Below, one piece after another: positions 25,734 through 36,200 of a stretch of 64,000 nucleotides of DNA. Numbering within the stretch: the first letter of the stretch is position 1; the number at the start of each line of letters is the position of its first letter. Made by a program: the position numbers and the translations under genes. Location: positions 13,999,180-14,063,179 of the forward strand of contig NC_092389.1 of assembly GCF_030028105.1 (NCBI RefSeq). Reading direction: 5' to 3'. The notes beneath the pieces were generated by a model. The model saw nothing but the letters and a program-made list of their open reading frames with translations. It did not search any database and was not told where the DNA came from. The stretch comes from Mobula birostris. Its lineage: Eukaryota.

Positions 25734-27888
25734 TTAGTTCTGCAGATGCTGCCAGAAGTTGCCCCATAAGGTGGTGAGCTGTGTCTGAAGATCCTGCTGA
25801 ACATTACCTCCATTCAGGACAAGTCTGTCCTGCATCTCCTTCACATTCTGACTGATGATTTCTTTCAGCTGCTCAGTGTAGGGAGCCAGGTTCTGATGGA
25901 ACTCCTCGATTCCCTGGTTAACGTTGGTGTTGAAATTTTCAATGAATGGGCCCAGGTTCTGGTCCATGTTCTCGTCAAGTTTAGCCTTCAGTTCGACGAT
26001 GTAAGGGTTCAGCCTTTGGTTCAGAACATCCACATGCTCATTGACTTTTGCCTGGAGCTTCTCGGCATATGGTTCAACCATCTGGGACATTTCTCCAATT
26101 TGTTGGTTCATCTTGATCTGGACATCCCTGGCATAGGGGGCCAAGCTATTACGAAGCTCCTGGACATTCTCATTAAACCTGGATCGGAATTCTTCAGCTT
26201 TGGCAGCCACATTCTGCCTGAGGGTGTCTATGTTTTCATCAATCTTCATCTGGAGCTCCTCAGCATAGGGAGTCAGGACTTCCCTCAGGTTCTCTGTGCT
26301 CACTTCCAATCTGGCCTGTAGCTCTTCAGTAAAGGGAGTCAACTTCTGCCGAAGGTCCGCTGCATTCTTACGCAGCTGTTGGCCCAGGTCTTCAGCAAAA
26401 GGGGTCAACTTCTGATGAAATTCTTCAATGTTCCTGCTGATCTTCCGATGAACTCCATCAGCAAAGGGAGCAAGTTTCTTCCTCAGGTCTTCCAGCTGTT
26501 CTCTTATCTGCTGGCGAAGGCTCTCAATGTCTACTGTCATCTTCTCATGAAGACCATCGGTGTAAGGAGCCAACTTCTGTCGGAGATCCTCAGCATAGTC
26601 ATTGACGGCCTGCAGATTATCCTGAATAAGGTGACTGGAAAAGAAGAGATAGTTGTTTCTTATTCTCGTTACAGGAAAGAGATACATTTAGACAGAGCAC
26701 CTTGCAAGTCCAATTGTCAAACATACTATGCAGAAGATTGGATGGTTTACAATAAGAAAGACATTGGGATCAGAATACCTTTTGGAATTAATTGCACATG
26801 TTCTTTAGTAACACAGGACAGGATGCAACTACTGCCATGTACAGACATGGGAAACGTTGGCCTAAATAGATCTGTGTTGAGGAAGTGGCAGATATCAGAT
26901 ACAGCATTGGTATGGTTGAAGGCTTGTATCTGATATCTGCTACTTCCTGCATGCAGATCTATTTAGATCTACATTTTCCATGGCTGTATTTAACTGTAGC
27001 TGCATCTGGCTTCACATAAAGCTGTTCCTATGCCTGAAGGTATACCTGCTTATACACATAGCTATATGCATTGATCTGATTTCATTACACGAATAAACAT
27101 TACTTTGCTGAGATACTTTCAGCATGTGCCAGAAGCAACATCTGTTATTTCAAACACCAGCCTCATTGCTGTTTGATCTCAAACTGGCAGAGAAAGCCCT
27201 ATTTTAGCCTTTCGGTCAATATTTTCATGTACTGCTATGTCCAGGTGTGTCCCAGCTAGCACAACTTCTGTAACTATTCCTAATATTGCTGACACTCACT
27301 TGACTTGTTGGCTGATTTCTGAGCCTTCATTTAGGTCATTGTTGGTCAATTGGCTGATGTAATCCCAGAATGCATCTCGAATCTGCTCTCTATTGAGTTC
27401 AGCTTGGGAACCTGTATGAAAGAAAAGGAAAGCAGCATTTCACAGTGGCAACACAGGAACAAGTTCAATATACCTAGTATTCATTTAGCAGGCAATCAGT
27501 TTGTAAGGCGCATGCAACTTCACCATAACACACTCCGTATTGAAGGGATAATCAGGTACTCCTCTCAGGAGATGAGGTTAGATGATTTTAGAGTAAAATA
27601 ATTTGTCTTTTGGGGCATGGTTTAAAATCTTTCCAGACTGAGTGTCGAATCAAGTCTTTCCCCAAAGAGGAACCAAATTGTAGAACCAATGGTTGCTAAG
27701 CTCAGACCTTGACCTTAAAACTGGGCTCAACAGTTGTGTGCACATCTGGTGTCCAAGGTGCACAAGCTCAAGAGAAACACTAAATACCTAACAGTATAAA
27801 AAATATTTAAAACAAAGGATGAAATATAGAATCTCATACCTGTCATGAAAATAGCAGCAGCTAATACAAGGATCGTCCCTTGATTCAT
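25734..27888 (-). CDS. APOA4: Apolipoprotein A-IV/A-V-like gene D, complete: join(27888-27840, 27411-27300, 26634-25734), 353 aa
   Basis: Signal exon MNQGTILVLAAAIFMTG|GTATGA. 112-nt exon SQAELNREQIRDAFWDYISQLTNNDLNEGSEISQQVN. 901-nt last exon ~97% identical to B/C. Exon-2 acceptor at 27936, exon-1 donor at 28265, AATAAA at 25574-25569. The symbol is tentative and could be APOA5-related. Confidence 0.85.
26822..27006. repeat. Long imperfect inverted repeat (82-bp arms, 21-nt loop) in intron 3 of gene D
   Basis: 26822-26903 versus the reverse complement of 26925-27006: 65/82 matches by hand count, no indels. Confidence 0.85.
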
Positions 27889-28264
27889 GATGGATTTCAC
27901 ATACTAAGTAGAATTCCTGCTCTCTTTTCAAAAAATCTGTGAAAAAAAATGAAAAGATTTAGATCAATATTCAACACCTATTCCTTCATCAAGTTATTCA
28001 TTTTTAAGTGGAACATTTTCTCACTGATAAATGAGAACCCTGACTTGTATAAATGGCATTCCGTGTATTCTTATCTCCCATTGCATACTGTAGCAGACAA
28101 TTGTACCCTGCCACACAATTGAAAACAGAAAGCTGAATTCTTGACACAGTACATTTGACTTTATGCAAAGACATTTGCTGTACAGATGCACAGCTAAGTG
28201 TGCATACACTGTGCCCCTTAATTAGACCCCATCACACAGATGGTGTATCCAGGGCTTCTCTCAC

Positions 28265-28510
28265 CTTCCTCTTCTCTTGAAGCTGTGTCTCAGACCACAG
28301 ACCTGCCTGTTTTTAAAGGTACTTTATCAGCAGTTGATGACCAGTTAGTCTGCTTCAGTTGGTGGACTTTCCCTGCCACCCAAAACAAAGTGGAGCTTCC
28401 AACCACACTGTCACTCTGAACTGTGATGTGTTTCCTTCAATATGTCTCCATCTCAACTGACAGGGGCAAACTCCAATCAAATGGCATGTCTCCGTACAAA
28501 GGCCGTACTT
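28265..28510 (-). promoter_or_regulatory. Promoter and non-coding exon 1 of apo gene D
   Basis: Donor AAG|GTGAGA at 28265/28264. TATA-like TTTAAAAA at ~28317-28310. TTATCAGCAGTTGATGA, TGGACTTTCCCT 28363-28374 and GGGGCAAACTCCA 28463-28475 occur in the same order as in promoters A-C. Confidence 0.65.
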
Positions 28511-29019
28511 TGATAACATGCAACAGTTGAATATTCTATGTATTTTGATAGAGTAAGTGTGTTTGGTGATAACTAAATAAGAACCAAAGAAAGATGAGGG
28601 GAATTAAGGCAGTGAATATAATGATTGAAAGATTCAGCTACAATCATTCTAACAAGTATGTAATCCCTGTTGCCTAATGTACTTCCAGTAGGATTGTATG
28701 CCTATAATTAATGCTTCTTCTGAATTTTCAGTATTTTGATGCTTACCAGTTCAGTTCAATCCAGATTGTCCCCAGATTAGGGAGGTTTCCAAACAATTTG
28801 CAAGTTTGAAATGCAGTTCCCACTCAGCAGAAGATGGGAAGCTGGAGAGGACCTGTATTCCTCCAGTTAGCAGTTAGTAATGTATACAATTTGACTAGAG
28901 TAAGATTTCCTGTACAATGAACCAGATATGTTCCTTAAGTCATAGGCTCACACAATACAGAAACAGCCCACTCAGACTGACATGTCCATGCCAACATGGT
29001 GCTTATCTAAACAAGTACT

Positions 29020-29325
29020 ATGGGGTGGCATGGTAGTATAATGGTTAGCATAATGCTTTGCAGTACCTGTGACCTGGGTTCAATTCCTGCCACTGCCTGT
29101 ACAGAGTTTGTATGTCCCCTCCTCCTGCATGACCACGTGGATTTGCCCCGTGTGCTCCAGTTTCATTTCATCCCACAGTCCAAAGATGTACCGGTTGGAA
29201 GGTTAGTTGGTCATTGTAAATAGTCCCATAATTAGGCTACAGTTAAATCAGGGAATAGCTGGGAAGTGTACCTTGAAGGGCCAGAAGTGCTGTTCTGAGC
29301 TGTATCTCAATAGATTAAAAAAAAA
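29020..29325 (+). mobile_element. V-SINE/HE1-like tRNA-derived SINE
   Basis: A-box-like TGGTAGTATAATGG, B-box GGTTCAATTCC, V-domain-like core and A-rich tail. Confidence 0.7.
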
Positions 29326-29429
29326 TACCCACATATGGTCCGTAGCCATCTATGCCTTGGTCAAAACAATGTTCCATACACCAATAATACAGTTTTGCTT
29401 TCATTCATCAATACACATTTGAACAAATT

Positions 29430-29931
29430 TTTAAAAATGTTGAATACACTTCTTGCTGCACATGGTGGTGGTAGAATTGGTTGAAACAGGGCCGCGACGT
29501 GAATGCTTCTACCTTGGCCCCATCGAAATTCTAACTGGAGAGCTGAGCAAAGTAGTAGTGACCTCAGTGTACAAGCCCGCCTTGCCTTGTGAAAAGACCG
29601 GCTGGCCAGTCTCAAACAACCCCCAACGATGGAAATTCCACCGGATGAAAGCCTTCCCCCAGGAGCTGATTGCAACTAGGCAACCTGGAAATGCCGTAAC
29701 AGACTTGGGACTGGTGTAGGTCGTTCAAAGGTGTCACTAAGGGGCTATACAACCAGCCTGACAATTTGTGAATGTGGAACTGAGCCACAAACTATGCAAC
29801 ATCTCCTGCAATGCCCATCGCTAGAGAAACCCTGTACTGTTGCAGATCTTGCCGAATTCAACAACAAGGCGCAAAAATGTGTCTAGTTCTGGCTGGGCCA
29901 TGTATAGACAGTCCGTGGACATAAGAAGATG
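29430..29931 (+). mobile_element. 5'-truncated non-LTR element, RTE-X-like C-terminus, with 13-bp target-site duplication
   Basis: Decayed ..WKCRNRLGTGVGRSK..GY...CECGTEPQTMQHLLQCP. (GAA)-like tail. ATTTGAACAAATT at 29417-29429 and 29932-29944. Confidence 0.7.
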
Positions 29932-29963
29932 ATTTGAACAAATTCAGGCTGGTTTAATGTTTA

Positions 29964-30199
29964 GGGGTGGCATGGCAGTGTCATAGTTAGCGTAATGCTA
30001 TTATAGTGTCAGCGACCCAAACTCAATGCCACTGTTGTATGTTCTCAACGTGACGGTGTGGGTTTCCTCCAGTTTCCTCCCACATTCCAAAAACATACAG
30101 GTTTGTAGATTAGTTCGTCACATGGGTGTAATTTGGGTGGCACAGGCTTGTTGGGCCAGAACGGCCTGTTACCGTGCTGTATCTCTAAATAAATAAAAA
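29964..30199 (+). mobile_element. V-SINE/HE1-like SINE
   Basis: GGGGTGGCATGGCAGTG..GTTAGCG..GTGGGTTTCCTCC..TTTCCTCCCACATTCCAAA..CTGTATCTCTAAATAAATAAAA. Confidence 0.7.
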
Positions 30200-31424
30200 T
30201 GTAAATTAGGAACAAGAGCAAGCCACTTGGCTGCTAAAGCCATTTCTGCTATTTAATGAGATCGAGGTTGAAACTTCTCCACCTCAGCTCCACATTCCCA
30301 CTTATACCTAGTTAATTTTGTTCCCTTCGTTTATCAAATATTGATCTACATTTGCGTTACAAATATTCATAGACTCTGTTACCACTGCCCTTTGACAAAA
30401 CTTATAACCCTTTCAGAGAAAAGAACTTCATTGCATTGATGTTTTAAATGCAGAATCCTTTTTTTTTAGCAGTGACTCTGAGTTCCAGATTGTCCCACTA
30501 GAGGTAACCTCTCCATGGCCACTCCCAGAATTTTACAAGTTTAAATCAGGACTCCTCATTCTTCTGATAAGACTTAGCATGTTCCATCTTTCCAGCTAAG
30601 CCAACTTGCCATTCCAGATGATAATTCACTAAACTGCTACAAATGTATTCACATTGTTCCTCAAATAAGAACATTAATAGCACACATAATACTCAACACA
30701 TGGTCTCACCAATACTCCAATGGAAGTATAATTATTCTACTTTTGAATTCTGTTCCTCAAGTGCTCTACTGCACTTGCAACAAAGGCCCAAGGCAATAAC
30801 ATTCTGTTAATGATAACTTTATGTTACCCTTGCGTACGAGTCATTCACTGGGACACCCCGATACCACAACACCTTGAGACTGCAACACCTCAGAGCTTTG
30901 CAATATATCACCACTTTTGTTTCACCCCTTTCTTGTTTCCACCTCTCACCAATCAGCCTTTGTCTCAGCCCTACCTCCCACTTCTCCATACTGGCCATCT
31001 TACCTCTACACTCTCAGTTTTGACCCAAAATGTTGACCACCCCTTTTCCTCCAAGATTATGCTTGATTTGTTGAGTTTCTCAGCAGTCTACTTTTTGCAC
31101 CAGATTCCAGCATCTGCAGTTCTCCCGTGTCTCCCTACAAACACATTACTTGTCACATCTTGCAAATCAGAAAACAATATGGTCAGCAAATACTCTATCT
31201 ATACATCATGGTTACTATTTTCCTTAATAGTCTTCTGGAAACCTTGGTACAAGTTTAGTCTTTTTCTCTTCTTGTCAACAGTCTTTTTTTTCAGCCAAGG
31301 TCAGAATAAAGCAATTTGCTATTTGTGGGAACTTCCTGTGTGAGAGATGGCTGCTGAATTCCTCCAATTTACTTCAGGCCTGAACTTGAAAGGAAATACC
31401 TCAGATGCCAAACTTCTTTTGAAC

Positions 31425-32092
31425 CACCCTAAGGTGATAAGGTGCACCCCTGCTTCAGTTGCTCTTTAAATGCAGGGACTAATTGCATTAAGTAGTTGGC
31501 AGCCGTCAGTCCCAGGAGATGATGGGTTTGTGCCTCTGGTAGACTGTATCCTCTCCAGGGCGCAAGCCTGGGCAGGAAGATTTGAAGAACTGGCTGTTGC
31601 CCATGCAGTGGGTTCCCCCTCTCCACGTCACTGATGTAGTCCAAGGGAAGGGCAAGCACCAATACAGCTTGGCACCAGTGTCGTCACAGGTTGCCAGAGT
31701 GAAGTTGTAAACAACATCAAACTGCCTTAGGGACCCCGGCTCCGGATTTCTTCCTTGGGGTTTACTCCCAAAGCTATTCCCATGGGTGGGTCTGGCCGCA
31801 AGGCAGTGGAAGTTTAAAATCAGAGTTTTCCTTCTCCCAGGTGTGCTGCTGTCCAAGGCTGACGAGCCCCACCTGCCCAAAGCAACTAGTTTTGAGGGGT
31901 CAGTGGTCCACCTTTACCCCTTCTCTTGTCAGTAGAAACAGTTTTGCCGGGCCTAGTAGCTAAGCCACATGTGAAGGCCAAGAGATGGACTTGGTTGTCA
32001 GAGGCTGTTAAGGGTCGCATGCCATTTGGAGCACTTCATAGGTAGTGAGAGCTTATCCTCACTACCATCCCTGGCTATGACAACCTTAGAAA
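31425..32092. mobile_element. Interspersed repeat, probably derived from an RTE-clade 5' region
   Basis: GC-richer island with sharp edges in AT-rich flank. Family assignment is from recollection only. Confidence 0.35.
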
Positions 32093-33241
32093 CCAATTGC
32101 ATGAAAATGTTAATCAAATCAGTGCAGGTGAGCAAGAGGATATTTTTATATTATAAACTCAGAAGAAGTAGACGCAGGACTCACATTGTTCAATAAGGCT
32201 GAGCTAATCTTTTACCTCAGTACTGCTTGTCACCTTTGACCTTATACCCCTTGATGCCCATAATATCCAAAACTGTGTTGACCTGTCTTGAATGTGCTCA
32301 GCAACTGTGCCTTCCAAATGCTCAAAAGGTAGTAAATTCCAGGAGGCACTAGCTTCTAGGTGTAAAAACATCTTAATGATCAATGCCTTATTTTGATATG
32401 ATGACCCCAGTTTCTGGACAGTAGAACCAGGGAAAATATTCGTAATTTTAAAAAAAAAAATTGTAGAGGCTGGAAGTCTGCAATAAAGGCAGAAAGGCCA
32501 CACTGCAGGCTAGGCTTTTGTTGAAAGGCAAAAAAAAAGCTAACATTTCAGGTCAAAGACACTGTTGGGGGGAAAAAGTTAAATTTGTTTGTATTTTCCA
32601 ATTGTGGCCAGAGTATTATCAGTATTTACCTTTTCATTTTATGTTAGAGAAATATCTTCCCTGCATGCATTGTTTCAAGCCATATAATTTTGTAACAACA
32701 CGATCACATTATAAAACAGAGGTCTATTCTGTTTAATCTCTCCTCATATCAAAATCCCATTGTCTTAAAATCAGTCTGGTGTGCCTTCATGTACTCCCCC
32801 TATCCCAAGTACATGAGGGATATCAAAGCTATACATAATATTCTGGTTGAGTTCTCTGGCTCTATATAATTTCAGTGAGATGTCTTTACTCTTGCACTCA
32901 AATACTCTTGCAATGAAGGCCAATAACATTTGCTTTCTGAAATGCTGACCCATAAGCTAACTCTCAATATTCACCAGTCTCTCTGAACTTTAATACCATT
33001 CCATTTAAAAATTACTCTGCATTGCACCTTTGCCCTCAAGGTAGATATTTCTGCATTTATTTCCCCCTCCCCCAATCATGTGCAATATCAAAATATTACT
33101 GCAAGTTTGGAAGAGATTGGTCCTCCAGCAGGGAGGCAGTGACGGGAGTCAGTGCGAGGTGGAGGGGAAACTCTTGCTTGTGCCCTTAGTTCCTTGCTGA
33201 ACTGATTGGCGGAGCTGCTGAACGTGACCGAGGCCGAGGAG

Positions 33242-36200
33242 ATGGCGCTGAGCTGCAGTGAGAACGGCCAAGGAAATGGGCCGGTTTTTCCGGATCTGAG
33301 TGCTGAGGATTCGGAGGATTTCGGCCCGACTCAAATTGAGAGCTTGTGCATGAATTGCTACCAGAATGTGAGTCTGGGCTGGAAAAGGAAGTGACGGTGG
33401 GAGGAGAGTGACACACACACGCACACACACGAAAATGCTGGAGGAACTCAGCAGGCCAGGGAGCATCTATAGAACAGAGTACAGTCGACGTTTCGGCCCG
33501 AAATACCGACTGTGCTCTTCTCCATAAATGCTGCCTTGATGCTGAGTTCTTCCAGCCTTCTGTGTGTGTTGCTTGGATTTCCAGCATCTGCAGATCCTCT
33601 CTTGTTTGTGGAGAGGGTGATAATGGGTTGGGAGAAGGCCGAGGTGGGGGTGGGGGAGGCGTGAGGATTATGGTTCTGAGCTTTGGTGAAGGTACTAGTC
33701 GACGGGTGGGGAAGAAGGCTGGGGGAACTGGGTAGGCGGTTACGGGATAGGGCGTGGGGACCGAGGTCTATGGTGGGGGAAGGGGGTTAGGGATAAGGTA
33801 CAAGGTGGGAGTTGTATGGAAGTGGGTATTGTTGAGGATGCGGCTATTGGGATTATAGAGAATAAGTTTAGGATCTTGGGTATTTTGGGGAATATTGTTG
33901 GGTTGATATTGAAGATGGGCTTTTTGGGAACGTGAAGTGCTGAGGTGTTGTCATTGAGGAGGAAGTTGCAGACTGCAGATGTTGGCCAGGGTGGGTGTGA
34001 AAGAAGAGATGCAGGTGTTCATTTCTGGGTTTCCATGTATCTTCTCACTCCTGCTTAATTCTGTTTGTTGTCTCTGTGGGGAATGTTGTTAAAATGGGGA
34101 ACTATTTAATACTGTACAAGCCAAAAATGTCTCTTCTGTTGGATGAAGCTAAGCCACCTTATAAATACTACTGTGGGCTGTGAATCGTAGCACTATTTAA
34201 AATGTAAATACTTTTTACAGGCTGAAGTATTTCTGTTGACAAGTTATACTTCCTCTTACCTCCTGCTCATTGTTTTTAGATAAATTTTATTTTACAACTG
34301 AGTGCAGCAGGAAGTGCAGTTTGTTGCTTTCTTTTTTTTTGGAAATCATCACATTATTTGTAATTTTATAACTGTATTGGATGATTCATCTTAAGAGTTT
34401 CATGCCATTTATCTTTTTTTTTGTATGCTGTATGGTAGGCATTGATAATTCCCTTCTACTTTTGTTCTCATGTTAAAGGGGATAACCAGGTTGCTGTTGA
34501 CTAAAATTCCATTCTTCAGAGAGATTATTGTTAGTTCATTCGCCTGTGACAACTGTGGTTGGATGAACAATGAGATCCAGTCAGCTGGGAAGATCCAGGA
34601 ACAGGGAGTACGCTACACAGTCCGTGTTTCTTCCAGACGGGTGAGCCTCTCATGAACAATCCTAGACTCTTCCACCAAATCATCAGTGTTTATATTACTT
34701 TAGCTCTGGTGTCAGTTTGATGTCCTTTTCAGAGGTAGTACAGAAAAGGATGCAGTAGGGGAAGTGCAGAAGTGTTGTCACACATTCCGACAACAACAGC
34801 ATACTCATCGCATTTGTAGAATAACAGCAAAATAAGTTTCTTCCCTTTCTCCCACCCATCCACACGGTCCTCCAACCCCCACGCAGACTGTCTCCGGACC
34901 TCTGTCTGTTTGCTGGTTATTTTCTCTCTTTGGTGCTATTTCTCACTCCTTTGTCTGCAATTATCACACTTCTTCCCCCCCCCCCACAAAAACAATCTTG
35001 ATCCCTGTCATGTAAACTGCTGCTCTGTCTTCAAACTTAATATTTCCCTCCATTCCCTGAATGAGTTGTCATTTTTCAGCTAGACCAGGTTTACGTCTTT
35101 CCAAGCACGTTTGCTTTGCCATGATTTTCAAACACAAGCTGTTCAATGTAACTGTGATTAAAGTTAAGCTGGCATCCAAAGGCTGCAGGTTGAGAAGAAT
35201 GTAGTTGATCACAATATCCTCCCCTCCTGACACTCCAGTACCTTTCATTTGGGATGGACTGGAATTTCAGCTGGAGATGTGGATCTGTTTATATGGACAC
35301 TGTTATTTCCCTTCCCCTTTGCTGAAGCTTATTGCCATTGCTAAAACCTACACAGCACCATCTGACTTTACCCCTGACTCCCTCACAAGTTCCGTTGCTG
35401 AAGTTCCTTTTGTTTTTTTTATGTGTCTGACTGAATTTTAGATCACTTGCCCTAATATTTCTTGACCTGGTCTGTTGTCAAGTTTTTTGATTTGATTCAC
35501 CGCACCATTCCTCCAAGAGAGCCACATCCTTTTCATGGTTTGGATGCTTGCATGACTTGATGACCCGGCGAGCTATGTTGTCTGGAGTCAGGACTTTATA
35601 GTTCGGCTCTTGATATAGTCACCCATGCCAAACAGGGCAAAGGGTAGAGGCCAGACTAATACTGGTCCTCCAGGTTCAGGGGTTCAGCTCAGGGCTAACA
35701 ACCCTGACTGGTTTAAAAAGAAAATTGTTACGGAAACAATGAAGAATTCTTTTACATCTGAGTGAGACGGTATTCCTGAGCCTCCACCCAGGATTTGCGT
35801 GACTGTCAGTGGTGAAAACTGAGAGGAAGCTACTGACATGATGAAGGAAGCCCTGAACATCACCAGAGATGGAGGATGTTCATTGCTGTCCTAAATGCCA
35901 GCGACGTAAAGGGCAGAAAATAAGTAAGTCACCACACCACTGGAACATTTTGAGGTGTTTGCTGGATTTCCTGTACAGGATAAATAATTGTTACTGATGA
36001 TGTGGTGAGTCATATTTTGGGTTTGGTTCGTGGTTTTTGTGCTGGGTGGAAGTTGTACGAAATTGGTTTGGGACCAGAGGATAAATATCAGACTGTTCTC
36101 TGATTGCTGAGCAGTGATTTCATTTTTTTTTTTTTTTAATCCCTTAAGCAGTTTCAATGATTATTGAGGAAAGGTGATGTACTTGTAAACATAGAAACCC

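Noticed and set aside
25734-26634. Positive selection between the D and B/C last exons (about 15 amino-acid differences)
   Set aside because: A hand count gives roughly 16 non-synonymous and 8 synonymous changes, which per site is not an excess. Most replacements are conservative. A formal dN/dS is needed.
30810-31343. 177-aa ORF between apo D and ZPR1
   Set aside because: Low-complexity translation overlapping decayed Penelope-type tail sequence, with no recognisable domain or exon signals.
33206-33241. TTG-initiated N-terminal extension of ZPR1
   Set aside because: An in-frame TGA lies directly upstream. The ATG at 33242 has a good context (GAGATGG) and suffices.
33610-33910. G-rich tract in ZPR1 intron 1 as a special G-quadruplex element
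   Set aside because: G-skew just after a first exon is common in vertebrate housekeeping genes. Nothing here distinguishes it.
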